A DNA stretch of 47,644 nucleotides from contig FLMG01004480.1 of the NCBI GenBank assembly GCA_900088475.1, positions 1 through 47,644 of the forward strand, read 5' to 3'. Below are positions 1-14,302 of the stretch, one piece after another. The DNA is from Hyphochytrium catenoides (lineage: Eukaryota; Protista; Hyphochytriomycota). The notes under the pieces were generated by a model, which saw only the letters and a list, made by a program, of their open reading frames with translations, had not been told where the DNA came from and did not search any database. The first letter of the stretch is position 1, and each line of letters opens with the position of its first letter. The translations under genes were made by a program, and so were the position numbers.

Positions 1-200
1 TCTCTCTCTCACTCTCTCTCTCTCTCTCTCACTCTCTCTCTCTCTCGCTCTCTCTCGTTCTCTCTCTCTCCCTCGCTCTCGCTCTCGCTCTCGCTCTCGC
101 TCTCTCTCTCGCTCTCTCTTTCTCTCTCTCTCTCTTTCTTTCTCTCTCTCTCTCTCTCACTCTCTCTCACTCTCTCACTCTCTTTCTCTTTCTCTATCAT
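1..200. repeat. (TC)n/(GA)n microsatellite with TCGCTC/TCACTC variants
   Basis: Directly visible; it explains the spurious 'ERERE' ORF at 9..200. Confidence 0.97.
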
Positions 201-746
201 TCTTCTCTCGCTTTTTCCCTATCTTGGGAATCTCTGTGTGACCACATCTCCTCTCTCTCTGTGTCTCTTTCTGTCATTCAGTCCTCCCTCCTCCTCTTCT
301 CCTCTTTGAGAATAGCTCACATTTATCTCTTTAGCTCCTGTTTCCTTGGTGCTGTTACACGCTCGGCCTGGCTGGCTGCCCTGAGGAATTGACTGTGCTT
401 TCGTGACTTGAGCTGCAGTGTTGCTGTTAGATAACCCCCATGGCGGACAATGCGGGAGCCGAAGTGAGTCTCACCACTGCCTTTGGATGCTTCAATGGTG
501 TTTGACCTTGAGAAACAGAGTTCAAGCAGTGTGAGATGAGTGAAGAAGTGATGGGTTGGGAGAGAAAAAGATGATACCGTGGTGCAGCGCACTGTGGAGG
601 CCAGGGAGAGGTACCTAAAGCCCCATCCCATCCTCTTCTCTGGCTCCTACTGTCTCTCTCCCCTCCTCTCTCTCTCAGTTATTAGCCTCTTGTTCTAGCT
701 TCGTTATGCTTCTCAAGGTGTTGTCGTCCCACTTCTTCTGGTTCAA

Positions 747-1016
747 GTAAGTCAATCACGACCACTATGCTCTCTCGCCCTATCTTAGTCTATTATTGTC
801 CCCAAATGAAAGTATAGACTATCTCCTTTCTCTACTTTTGCACATGCTTCTTGCACCCTACTCGCCGCTGCTAGTGCGCGGGCAGTAGAGTCCCAGGAAA
901 AGACCCGTTCCTCGTCCAAAGCTCTCAGTCTCACTCCTGCTGTCCCCAAGAGCCAGCTATTGATCACACATTTACTATTGGTCTCAGTTTTGCCCCTTGA
1001 GATCTGGTCTCTGTAG
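747..1016 (+). other. Possible 5'-UTR intron of the Rac gene
   Basis: Consensus donor GTAAGT at 747 and acceptor CTGTAG ending at 1016, 50 nt before the ATG. No transcript evidence. Confidence 0.35.
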
Positions 1017-1023
1017 CCGATAG

Positions 1024-1893
<870 letters not shown>

Positions 1894-2355
1894 AAAACTA
1901 AGAAGCTAGATGACAGGAAAGAACTGCCAGATAAACAATGCTAAGGGTAGCTCAGGAGGGTGACAAAGGGATTTGAAGATGGAAGAAATCAGTTTATCAT
2001 GGCTGCATTAGGCAGCTAACGGGAAGAGCTATGTAAGCTGTCAGGGCTCTACTTAAAGAGCGCTCTCTGCGGACGAGCAGGTGTAAGAGACCCATTATAA
2101 CTATAAGATACAGATCATTTATTCACCTTTCGGCTGAAGGCAACTCTATCTAATCCTTTCCACACTTATCGCCCACAAACTCCTGTCCCTGTGTTTATCC
2201 TTACTACGTCCATCTCGTTCGTGGCGCGGTACTGCTGCTGTGGGCTTTGCACTTGGGCAACCTCTAAAGCGTTAATGCCCTGAACCTACGAAGATAGCGC
2301 TTACTACCTCCCGCGCCACATCCTCTCGCTCCCGCTATGGTGACCTTTCCAACCT

Positions 2356-5300
2356 TCAGCTGTCCAGTCCTTCAGCCTTCACGCCACGGAGCTCATTCTC
2401 TTTCTTTGCCACTAGAGGCGGAAGAGAGGACAAGCCTTCCCTTTGATATATGCCCCACACCTCTGTCAGTGTTATGAGACCTTTTCTCCTCGATCTCTCG
2501 AGAGTCTCAGTTCGGAAGGTCTTTAGCCCGTCTTCAAACCTTCTGATGGCAGTCTCCAAGTCTTCCCTCTCTCTGTCCTCTATCTCCTTCTCACAATGCT
2601 TTTCATAGAGAAATGCGGAGGCTCCGAGCATCTTCCTGTTGAGCAGTCTTCGAGTTAGCAAGGCGCCAATCATGGTGGTCAAAGGTCAAGGAAGGCACGA
2701 CAAGGAGTCCAAGCCCCTGCGACAAGATTCTGCTTCATAGGTCTATAGAGAGAGATAGCAAAGACGGAGAAACAAGAGCTAAAGAAGAAGGACATCCAGA
2801 GACAACTGCCGAAATAGGAGAGCGGAATGAAGAAAGGTCCAATCGTCTTCTCTGTCTCCACCTCTGTAGCAGGTCGTGCTCATGATATAGCCGCTCTACC
2901 CTCCTCCGCGTCATGTCATGAGAAGCCGCGAGAACCTGGAGCTTTTCTAAGAGAACTTCTTCCTTTCGCAGCCACCTAAGCGACCGACAAAGAAGCTATG
3001 AGAAGAGAGTAGAGGATAGGGGAGTGTGGCAAAGGAGAGAGGACGTGGGAAATACCTCTGCAGCGCTTCTGCCTCTTGCTCTTTCTTCCTCTTGAGATCG
3101 CTCAGTACTGTCGCCCTTCTTTCGTCAGCTAAGACCAGAGCAGCCTGGGACCGCCGAGAGTCAAGCAGGATAGGGAAGGGAAGAAGACAAGCAGAATAGA
3201 AAAAAGAACAAGAACGAAGGCGTTATCCATGATTGTATGTGGATCTCTAAGATACATGTTTATTCTACTGACCAATGGTCCCGCCAGCAGGACCTTGACA
3301 TCTTTGAGCTTCTTCTCCCTTAGCGCGGATATCCTGAAGAGATATAGGACAACAGGGGACAACAAGGCAGCGGAGTGATTAAAGAAAAAAGGGTGACGTA
3401 TAAGCTATGGAGCTGAGAAAAGGGAGAGAAGAAGAGAGAGACTGTCTGTGCCAGGAAAAGGAAACCGGAAGAGTTAAAGAGACATAGCCCGAAGCCTCTA
3501 GACCAGGAGGTCTACGTAAGCTCACGAGAGGTATAACAAGGGGATGCAAGGGGGCCGGGACAATATGCTCCTGCCCCAGACTTACACTCGATATACTGCC
3601 AGCTTGAAGAGGCTCCTCCGGTACCAGTCCTGAAGAATCCGGGCACTGCGATGCCGCTGGACCTGCTCCCGACGGACCACAATGCGGAGAATGAAGCCTG
3701 CAGTAAGTCAAAAGGAAACAGCGAGCACAGGGTAAGGGAGTGTGGAATAGACAAGAAAAATTCGATCCGTGAACGTGCCAGAGGATCTGTGTGGGGCACA
3801 TAGTTCGACATAGAGAAGAGAGACAAAGCGGCAGCAGAGACAGTGAGGCTGTGGTTTATGGAAGCTTAATGAAGAAGTTAGACAGGAGTTTATGTCTGCA
3901 GAACGGAAAGGTTGCGTCTCCCATGCAGGGAAGGGGAAGAAGGTGTAGGAGAAGAGAGGAAACAGTGATTAGTGATCAGACGGTGCCTAGCTAACCAACA
4001 ACAAGCAGTTACTGGCTTTGGCTTGGACGAGGGGAGGAGGAGGAAGAGGCTTAGGACCTCGTGCAATACGCTGGATCTTAGTCACAGCCTTGGTTTCTCT
4101 TTTAAATCGCTGATACTGCTTGAACTCCCGCCGCCCGCAGTGACCTCGATACACTCTGACGAGAGAAAGGTAAGGTCAGCAAGGAAGACAGATAGTGACG
4201 GCCCATTTTTAGGGTTGAGATTACATGGTAATCGGAGAATAAACAGATAAGACCAGGAAAGGTAGAGTTAGAAGAGACAGAGATCAGAGATCTAGGGCGA
4301 GGCATTGCTTCATCCGTTGTTCTTCCATCAGGCATGTTGAGTCGTATCGCTCTTTCTCCTCCGAAGCAATCAATGCTGCCTGTCGTCCCTCTTCAACATC
4401 TCTCCCTTTTTCTGTTTCAATTCCTTATTAGATTGCACCTCTGTATCAGGAGACAGCTATAGCGCAGCATCTCCATAAACTTCTTCCATTTTAGACGGCG
4501 GTACCACCGCTTCATCGCGCTAAATGAGAGAGAGAGTATGATGTATGAAAGGGGAGGATATATAGTATACGGAGAGAGAGAGAGGTCTTAGCAAGACTTC
4601 GGATAGGAAAAGAGTAGAACCGCTAAGGAGACTATCTATCAGCATTGAAAGGACTGAGGGAGAAAGAGAAGCACCCCAAAGCCCAAACTAACTATCAGCA
4701 GGAGAAGATAGCCACAGGTAGTATGAGATGAGATGACAGACAAGGGCAACATTTCCTTACTTGCTAATCTTAGTTTTGGCTTGCAGCACACAGAGCTCAT
4801 ACTCAAAGTGGATCATCCTCTTTCTCTGAGCGGCGACAGAGAGCAGGGTTTAGCCAGGCTACTAATCCGAGGGGCTGCTGGTGCAGCATGGAGAGAGAAA
4901 GAAGACATAACCCCCGCGCAAAGGGAAAAGCCGGAATGAAGGTACAAGGCAGAAGAGAAGCGGAGAAGATATAGACCGGGAAGGTTATAGACCATAGGGC
5001 CTGATGAAGAGACAGAGATCGAGCAGTAGAGAGACTCTACGGGCAGATCAAGCGCAGGAAGGTGGCACTCAGTAGAGAGGGTTACCAGGTGTCTGCGGTA
5101 CACAGACTGGATGAGGAGGGCAGCGCCTAGTCTGATCCTCCTTCGGACTTTCTCCTCCTCTCTCCTTCGTCTCGCCCGCCACCACCGCTCCACGTTGTAG
5201 AGTCGCCGTGCAAAGACTGCTAGACGTCTGCCCAGATGGCCGCGGAATACTCGTTGAATTGCCTTGGCGGCTCCTGAGGAGGAGAAAAGAGAAGGACGCA

Positions 5301-8300
5301 CGCTGTCAGCAGTCTAGAGAAAAAGTGATTTCACGGAACAAAAAGAGAGAGAGAGGGGCAACTCCATCCCCTTTCTTCAAGCCTTACAAAACGTCTTTAC
5401 AAAGATACCGAGAGGGAATCTCAGAGGCAAAACGACGGGAGACAGGGAGACGGGGGACAGGGATGGATTGGAAACACTTAAATGTCATCTCACTATTTCT
5501 CCTCCGTATGTCGCTGCACTTCTCTCGGACATATCCTCTGACGCGATACCAGCGCCACGCCAGGCGGATTCGCCCAGCAGCAAGCCTCAGCCGCCGAGTG
5601 CGGGCCAGGAAAGTTCGCGAAAGGTGATGGCGGTACTAAGGATCAAAGGAAATAGGAAAGCCGCGTCAAAGATGAGCTCCTGCATCCCTTCAAAATGGTT
5701 ATAATAGAAGTAAACAAACGGAGCAACCTCTCCAGGGAGAGAGAACCTATAGATGAAAGCTCAGAAAGAAAGAGAGGGAGCGCAAGAGGAGTGTGACGGA
5801 TGAAATGCAGACTCTACCGCTCTCTGTATCTTCGTCGCGGCCTCAGTCTTTTTCTTCAATTCCTCCTTCCTCTTTCTAGCGTCCTTCCTCGCCCTGTGTC
5901 CGCGGTAGACTCGCTGAATATTGATTGCGGAGCGTTGCAGCAGCTGACGGAGGCGGCGGTACCAAAGCCTCTTCAGCCATCCCCGAACGTTGCTTTAAGA
6001 GCGAAGACGTGGAGCGGAAGAAGAGTCGTCGAAGACGAAGAGGGCACAAACGATATCAGTCAGACGGTAGAATCATCAACAAACAGCACAGATTCGGAGT
6101 AATGAAGGTAATATATGCTTCTGAGAAAGGGCAAGTATGAGGGCAAGAGGAAGAAGAGGGTTTAGACAGAGAGGGGAGGGGAGGCGAGCCAGAACGAGGG
6201 GCCCCCGAGAAAGAGAGAGAGAAAAAAAGAAGGGAACAGAGAGAGAGGGAGGAGAGAGAGAGAGAAGAAGAGAGCTGGGAAAAGGAGAGAGAATCCTACC
6301 TTTGTAGAACTCTAATAGCTTCTCTATATTCCTTTAGCCTCCATCGAAACACTCTTAGGCGCCACATGCGGACGACTAAAGTCCATGTCACAGCGCTGAT
6401 TGGGCGGCCCAGCAGACCGGTAAGTCATATTGAGAGAGAAGAGATGCTGTCAGCAGAGAAAGACAGATCTTTTGAGAAGTACTAGCTCCCTAATATATAA
6501 TGAGTCCTAGCACCTTGAGGAGAGACGACAGTAGAAGAAGAGAGGTGGAAAGGGATCAGAGACTGAGGGGAGATGGTGGCCTCGCCTTACCTAGCTCTAA
6601 CCTTCCTCAATATCACCTGTTTCTTTACCCAGCGAGCTATTTTCCGTCCTTCCTCCTTTCTTCTTTGCTCTTCGAGGAACTGCCTGCCGTAAAAGGAAGA
6701 TGAAGGTGTTGTTCACTAGAAAAAGGAGAGATATGGGAGAGAGAGGGTGGAGAGAGAAACTGAGAGAGACTGAGAGAGGGAGAGCGAAGAAAGAGAGAGA
6801 GAGAGAAGATGCAGTGAAAGGGCGAGAACAAGAATAGAGGACGGAATACCTCTTGCATCTCGCCAAGTAACCTCGATAAACTCTTTGAATCTCAGTGGCA
6901 GCAGCTCTCCTCCTCTCATAGTGCCTCCTGTAGGTTCGCTGCAGCCGTGTGGCGTGCACTCCCCACCAGAAGCGTAGGAACTAAGAGAGAACAAGCCAGA
7001 CAATGAACAGGGAGAAGAGAAACGAAGGCAGGCCGTGAGCCCTTTTCCTATGACAAGGTGACTCTCTGTCTTGTCCAGCAGCAGTTGTCCATTTCTTCGC
7101 CTAATGTTCCTACTTTTCCTACTGCTGCCTCTTCGCCGCCACTACGCTTACCCTTACTCTTCTCCGCATAGTTCTTCCTCTAATCCTAGCTTGAATCCTT
7201 CTCAGCGCTTTGTCAGCTTTCGGATGCTTCACCAGCGCCTCTCCAAGGATGAAGAGCTTCCAGCGCTTCCGCTGCAGGGTAACAGTGAGAAGAGGAGAAG
7301 AGAAATAGCGATCATTGCCCTTGGAATTGCAGTGCATACGAAACGCAGTTTAGTTGAGGACGACTGGAAAGACATGGCAGGAAGGATCTTAGGTACAGGA
7401 GGAAATAGAAGACTGAGGAAGAGTAGAGAGGCGGGCACATGGACTAAAGGGTAAGACAAACGAGAAGGAGAAGAAGGATGAGTCTTCACCTCCAGGTAGA
7501 CTCGGTAGCTCCTCTGGATACGTATCGCTGCTCTTCTCCGTTTCCTCTCTCGCTTCTTAGATAGATAGGTGATTGCATGTTCTCTCTCTCTCCAAGCGCG
7601 AAACTCTCCCTGGATCTTCTGTGCAGCCTCAAAGCGCTGAAGAAACTGCTGAGACTCCTAATCGAGAGAGGGAGGGTAGCAGGAGAGTGAATGAGAGAAT
7701 ATCGCTAACAGGTTGAAAGGTTGCGCATAGGAGGACTAGACCACGAATTGCCCCGAAGAGAAGAGGTCCAGAGGGAGCATTGACCACAGAGATCCGCGTA
7801 TCAGTACAGTCCGCCCACCTGTAACCAAAGAGAGGGCTTTGAATGCAATGCCAACAAAGAAGAAGTCTTCTCTTTAGCGGCATCTCCGCTTTTCTTCCCT
7901 TCTCCTCGACCACCGCCAATGAGCTGCCTCTTCTCAACATACGGGAGATAAGCTAGAGCCCTAGATATACCGCTTGGGCTCAGGCGGGGGCAGCCTAACA
8001 AAGAGGACAAAGATTGGCGGAGGAGGATGTGAAGGAGACGGAGATAGAGATGTCGTCAGACGAGAGGATAAAGGTTGACAAGCAGCAAGACCAACAATGC
8101 CCGGGCGGACGGCTGCTGCTTACCACTGATATTTAAGGCTGTGAGAGTAGGCTTCCCCAAGCACAGGTGCAGGAGTCCGCCGTCGGTCAGCTGAGGGACT
8201 GCACTGATGTTAAGGTTGAGAAGAAACGGGAGACCTGTCCGGCCAAGGGAAAGATAACAGGGAGTGAGAGTTGCGTAAAGAGAAAATTAGGCAGCGGGAA

Positions 8301-8498
8301 GAAATCGTCACACCAGAGAGAAGAGGGGAAGAGACTGGAAGCAGATGGGGAGAGAGGGAAAGAGAGGAGAGGAAAAGGAGAGAGACAGAAAGAGAAACAG
8401 AGAGAGACGGAGAGCGATACAGAGAGAGAAGACGGAGAGAGAAGCAGAGGAGAGAGGAGAAGATCGGAGAGTTCTCAATTCAAATAGATAAATATAGA

Positions 8499-8542
<44 letters not shown>

Positions 8543-8945
8543 CGAAGTGAGAGAGAGACGAAGTGAGAGAGAGACGAAGTGAGAGAGAGACCAAGTGTGA
8601 GAGAGACCAAGCGAAAGAGAAATAGATGGCGAAGAAAGACTTCATAGTAATGGGCCCATCTTCTGCCGTGACATCCTGCTTCCCTCTTCTCTCTTCCGTT
8701 CATCACTTGAACACCCCTCATATCCGACCCTAAATGAAGGCCCTCGCCCTCCCTTCTTTCCATCTTACCAAGCGCAATGTTCTCTAAAGTCTTGTCAGTG
8801 ATTTTCAGGCATCCACTGACAGAGAGAAAGGAGAGCTTCAAGGCGTGAAAGGAGAGGTGATGAATTCCCTCGTCCGTCACTTCTTGGCACTAGATGGAGC
8901 AAGACGAAGAGGAGGTTAAGAAGTACGCCGCGAAGAAGAGGGAAG

Positions 8946-8979
<34 letters not shown>

Positions 8980-11900
8980 CGAAGAAGACAGAAGGGCAGA
9001 GAGAGCAACACGAGTAGACACAGTAGCCACAAACTACCCAAGAGACAGGCACATATACAGGCAACCGACGGAAAAGTAAAAGAGTTGAGGGTCAAGGTAG
9101 CACTACCATCGAACGAGGAGAGCTTGCGGCAAAAGAGATGTCCGAACTTACCCTGGCCAAGCTCAATTTCCTAAGCTCAGGGCAGAAGGCGGATAGCGCG
9201 ATCAGCGCTTCATCTCCTACTCCTGTTCCTCTCAGATCCAAGTCTTGCAGGTTCTTGCATGAGGTAAAGAGAATGGACAGAGACGATGATGATACGAAGG
9301 AAAGAGTCGACACAGAGAGCCAAGTTAGGGAGGGACAGCTCTCTGCCAGCGCCAGAATCCCAGCGTCCGTCACTTTGGGCTTTCCAAAAGAGTTCACGGT
9401 ATCGGCTCCTACCCAGGACGGACGAAAAGAGAGAGAGCGCGATGAGAAGAAGAGAAATGTTCCTTTTTCCAGATGACGGGATGAAGAATACGACGGAAGA
9501 GCCAGACAGACGGGAGGATGAGGGCATGGGAAGAGAGGATGAAGACCCTAAGGGAGGACTTCTTAAAGATAACGTCCAGTCAGAAGAACCTGCTGAGCAG
9601 GGAGGTCTTAATTCTTTCCCATTGCTGCCTCCCTCGCTTTCTCTCTTCCTAGTCCGTTTTTAGTCAGATCTCTCTCTTTCTCGCTGAACCTCCTCTTTGG
9701 TCCTCTCCTTACCATCCAGCTTCAGGGTTCTCAGGCTGTGGCACTGAGCAGACAGAGCAATGAGCCCTCGATCGCTCACACGAGGAAGGCCACTTAAATC
9801 AAGACTGGATAGGCTCGGGCAGTGATGAGAAAGGAGAGATAGCGACTGATCGCCTGTAGATGGAGCAAGCAGTAGACATCTGTGTCAAGCTTCTGGACGA
9901 GGATGATGCGGACCTTCGCTTCCTCCTAGGGATTGAGAAGGAGGAGAACAGAGAAGACTGTCACAGAAGATTCCTGTTTTCTTACCAATGGTGCCACATC
10001 TCCTCAGACTTAGAGAAGTGAGAGGCAGGGACGACTGAGAGAGCTCTGCCTTAGCATCCGCTCCCAGCTGAGAGGACGAAGAAAGGAACAGCGCCACTCC
10101 TTTTTGATGCCAAAAGAGAAGACAAGGCACCAACATAAGCAATATTCTTAAAAGAGTACGTAGCGTTCTTCACGGATTGGAAAGTGATAAATGAAGGGAG
10201 AACACCTATCATTCAACTATCACCTCGCACTAGTCTCCATGGGTATGAACAGAGGGAGGCTTGCAGGTGATAAGAGTAGGAGAATGAGAGATGGACCATA
10301 GAATGTTGTCTAACCTCGATCCGTGAGGTTGCTGAGGTTATCAAAATGGATTGTCTTCAGCTTGCTTTTCAGGGACTTCAAAGCACCGAAGCATTGGTCA
10401 TCAAACCCCGGACAGGAGGACATGGAGAGAGAAGTAAGAGAGGCACAGCCCTCCGACAGCCAAACTAGACCTGTCATATTGTTCAGAGGTTACATCACGG
10501 GGGCAAGAGAGGGGCGTTGGTCCTAGAAAGGGGATGAACTAGGAGATAGAGGCACGCGAAGTGAAGACTTGGGGGAAAGAGATAATACCCAGGAAGATAT
10601 ATATATGTATATGGAGAAACAGAGCGGGACAAGAATTGAGAAAGGTAACCTGTGGGCTCCACGGAGACTTCCCCGATGTCCAACGTCGTGAGTGACGCAG
10701 AGCTGGCTCTACCATCCTCTATCAATGCGAAGAACGAAATGCTCTGAATCAGCGCGCAACCACTCAGGTTCAGGTCATCGAGGCCGGGATCTGCATCAAG
10801 TAAATGATCAAAGACCAGCTCCTTGGAAGATGTCAGTAAGCGAAGAGCAAGGGAAAGGCGAATACATTTTGACTAGAGGCTGAGAACGATAGGAGGAATG
10901 AGGGTAAGGCTAATCCAGCAAATGGTGGGCCGCTCCAACAAATCCAGGCGAAGGGTGCAGGGAGGAGCAGAATGACAAGAGAGGACACGGAAAGGAGGAG
11001 AACTCACACATCCAGCTCTCAGCGATGTAAGCCACTGAAGCCGACGTGAGTTGGCGGCAATCCTGGAGACTGAGAGTCTTCAGACCAGATCTTGGTCCTT
11101 TTCGTTGCCTTTTGCCACTCGCTTCTTCCTCCTTCTCCTTTCCGATGCCTGTCCCTCCCATCAGCTCCCTTATCACTTCGTCGGTCACTGCTCTTTGACA
11201 GCCATCCAGAAAGAGAGAACGCAGTCTTTGGCAATTCTTCCAGATCAGGAGAAGGCACTGGCTGTCTACGGCTTCGTTGCATCCAGAGAGAGATAAAGAT
11301 GAGAGAAGAGGAAGGTGGATGAGGAACTGCAGCGACCGGGAAGTAAGGGATTGGCACCTATGGATTAAAGCAGACAGAATATACAGCTTAGTGAAGAGCA
11401 GATCAAAGATGGTCGCTATCTTCAACAGAATTTTAGTGCCCACCATACTTGGAAAGGCGACCACAGAGGCTCAGAAAAGAAGCTTAAAAGCGGAATAGAA
11501 AGAGGACTAGGTAGACAGAGAACTTTTAGAAGAACGGTCCATTATTGCCATCAACAGCTGCTCTCGTCTTACGATGTGAAATTGAGCGACTGCAGGGACT
11601 TCAGGGCTGTAAGAGGCTGAAGAGGCTGGCGGCCTGAGAAGGTGGAGCCTAGAGCATACAGAGTAAATAACTCCTGCCACCGCTTTCTGAAGACGGCCAT
11701 GACAAGTGGTGAAGGCAGGATAGCTCTTGGATAAAGGAAAGGAGCTAGAAGTAACACTAGATCCTTTCCTGTCGCTCGCCTGACACGAGATCGTAAGACA
11801 GCCGAGAGCGAAGGGGGTTGATGAAGCGACAGAAGGACAACAGGCTAAAGAGGTTCTTGAGGATCATGCCGACCCAGTACAAGGGGTAGAGACGCAGAGC

Positions 11901-13199
11901 AAGGTACCTCGAAAGTCAATGGACAAACAGTCCTCCACGGCTGGCTCCTGCTTCTTCACATTCCTTCCTGCGCTCCCTCGTGGTGCCCTCCTCCCGCTAC
12001 TGGTCCTTGTTCGACTCTTCTCTCTCTCTTTCTCGCTCTGGAAGATATTCACGAGAGCTTTAAGTCTTTCTTCACAGATGTTAATGCCGCTGAGGTTGAC
12101 GTCTGTCCCGAGAGAGCCTGCCTACAAAGGGGAAACAGTAATATATGACAAACTATGATTTAGCTTTGACAGATGAAGCCGAAACGACAATTTCTTGAGC
12201 ATTTAGCTTGGCGCCAGAAGATGAGGCTGAAATAAAGTTGGCATGAGCCAGAAGGAAGTGTCAAAACACCAAGGCATCCAGAGTGGACAAGAAGGGAGCT
12301 ATCTAAGGTTTGAAGCTGAGAAGAGAAGTGCTAGGAGACACCAGCCACCATCTGGTAGGAATAGCTAATAATGCTTTGTCCAAGGAGGGGAAAGTGAGTT
12401 GCGCTCATCTGTGTCAGTGTGGATCTTTTTGCCTCTGTGTGCTCTCTCTCTCTCTGTCTGTTTGCTTTCCTTTCTCTCTCCTGGCTTGCCGCCTGTTCCC
12501 CCTCTTCTTGAGACACCTACATGATAGCAACAGGACAAGGGTATCGCATCCCTTGCCAATGGTTCCTGGCTATCTTCTCCAAAGAATGGGTTCAGCTGTT
12601 GCACAAGGGAATGAGATAAAAAGAAGAGTTATCCTCCGAACCGGTCATCCCCGCTCAGCATGTGGATGAGAAAGGCCTTCAAGAAAGAGAGCAGACTATG
12701 GGCCAATCTAACATCTGTGCAATAGGAGAAAGAGATGTGGAGAGAGAAGAGACAAAGGGTCCAAAGCGTAAGAGGAGGGGATAGCAAAGAGTCTTGCCTT
12801 CTCCGCAAAATGGGTCACGGTGATGTGTCGCTTCCTGTTCCTCTTTTGAGTCTCCTCCAGGGCCGTTTGTGCACGCTTCTTCCTCTCCTCTGTCTCTCGG
12901 ATCACGGCGGCGAGCAGAGGGATCACTTCCTTGGACGCAGAGAGTAGCCGTTTCTTTAGCTCCCTCAGCTTCTCATCCTCTTCCTTCTCCTCTCCCACGT
13001 CCACTTTAGCCTTCACATTCGTGAGTCTATTAGCTCTTCCTCTTCTCGGCTCATTCCTATCGTCGCGTTGCCCTGTCTCCTTCTCCTCCTCCTTCACTTG
13101 CTGCAGCTGTTGAATGTAGGATTCGGCCTCTGCAAGTGCGCTGTCAGCTTCCTCTAGCCTCTTCCTCGTGCCGCTCTTCCCCTTCTGCCTCGCTTTCAT
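2356..13199 (-). CDS. Large multi-exon protein: N-terminal coiled coil, FBXL/AMN1-type cysteine-containing LRR array (~11.8-7.9 kb), then >=8 IQ calmodulin-binding motifs (~7.6-3.6 kb) and a C-terminal helical region
   Basis: LRRs: LSSLSLSGC, LRSLFLDGC, LKTLSLQDC, CPSLSSLDLSGLPRVSDRGL, LQDLDLRGT, LSFLSVSGCLKITD. IQ motifs: AAQKIQGEFRAW, AAIRIQRSYR, IQARIRG, EIQRVYRG, NIQRVYRGH, AIQRVFRGHLGR, LIQSVYRRH, KIQRIARG. Phase-compatible exons 8234-8124, 7994-7819 and 7636-7490 link the LRR and IQ parts. Start and end are approximate. Confidence 0.78.
8505..8615. repeat. (GA)n microsatellite followed by a GAGAGAGACGAAGT-type minisatellite (about 5 degenerating units) inside an intron
   Basis: Directly visible: GAGACGAAGT x3, then GAGACCAAGT and GAGACCAAGC. 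Confidence 0.85.
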
Positions 13200-13549
13200 C
13201 GTGCCCAGCAACTATGAAGGTAATAAGAGAATGGGAGCCGAGGAGAGGTGGTGCAATAGGGATCGAGAAGGCCGTCTGAAGCCGCGGAGAACTGCGGGAG
13301 GATACGACAGTAGCCTCTGACGAAGAAGATTTCTGACGAAGAAGATTGATGATCGAGCACGGGTAATGCCGAGGAGGAAGAAGAAGGGAGACCCCGGTGG
13401 TGGGAGCAGGAGCGGAGGAGGGGCGGGAAGTATGAACAGTAGATGGCGGGCAGGGTGGTGGCTCCTCCGTCCTCTCTTTCTCCCGCTACTTTCAATCCAG
13501 TAATTGCCTTATCCTTCGCCCTCCTCGCTGTCAATGCTGCCTCATCTCT

Positions 13550-13587
<38 letters not shown>

Positions 13588-13655
13588 NNNNNNNNNNNNN
13601 NNNNNNNNNNNNNNNNNNNNNNNNNNNNNNNNNNNNNNNNNNNNNNNNNNNNNNN
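13588..13655. other. Assembly gap (Ns) at a CT microsatellite in the divergent intergenic region
   Basis: Run of 68 N preceded by (CT)n. Confidence 0.99.
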
Positions 13656-14022
13656 TCCTCTAAGGAAGCGAAGAGACGCAAGGAAGAGAAGCTCAGAAGC
13701 TCCACTGACCCCCCAGCCTACCCCCTTCCCCTCCGTACGCGCTGTTATACGAACAGCTTCATCGCTCCTCCCTTCCTACTACCACTGTTGAGCTGTTCAG
13801 CATACCGTATTCCTTACCGTTAGCGACACTCAACACTGGAGACCGCTAACGCCATGATGGAACTAGCAAGATCACGCTTCTTGGCTTCTTGGCATCGTTG
13901 CCTTCCCTCTTCCTGCTGCCTCCTCTTGACGCATCGGCACGACGATCAGAACGACCAGGGCAGCAGCGGCAGGAAGCACAAGTTCTAGTGCGCGCGAGAG
14001 AGAGAGCGCGCGAGAGAGAGAA

Positions 14023-14056
<34 letters not shown>

Positions 14057-14302
14057 TTGAAGAAAGAGCAGGAAAAGATGTCACAAGAGAGAGAAGGAGA
14101 CGAGTCCGCCTGAGCTTGTGCGACGTCGCTGAGAGACCAGGATGGTCGTTTGATATCAGGTTAACCTTCCTCACTCTGCTGCATTCTCCAGTCTTCCTAT
14201 TAGCGGCGGGAGTTTGGCGGCAGAGGTACGCGGGCGGGGTAAGGAGTACGGCTGTCTCACTTCCAGAGGGTCCGCAACAGTCGGATAGTCGAGGCCAGCG
14301 AG

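Noticed and set aside
9-200. ERERE-rich ORF, and similar ER/SL-rich ORFs at 8167-8582, 8894-9079 and 13889-14113
   Set aside because: These are translations of GA/CT microsatellites in introns or intergenic DNA.
8538-8615. CRISPR-like or other spaced repeat array
   Set aside because: Short units are separated only by GA repeats with no unique spacers, and the site is a eukaryotic intron.
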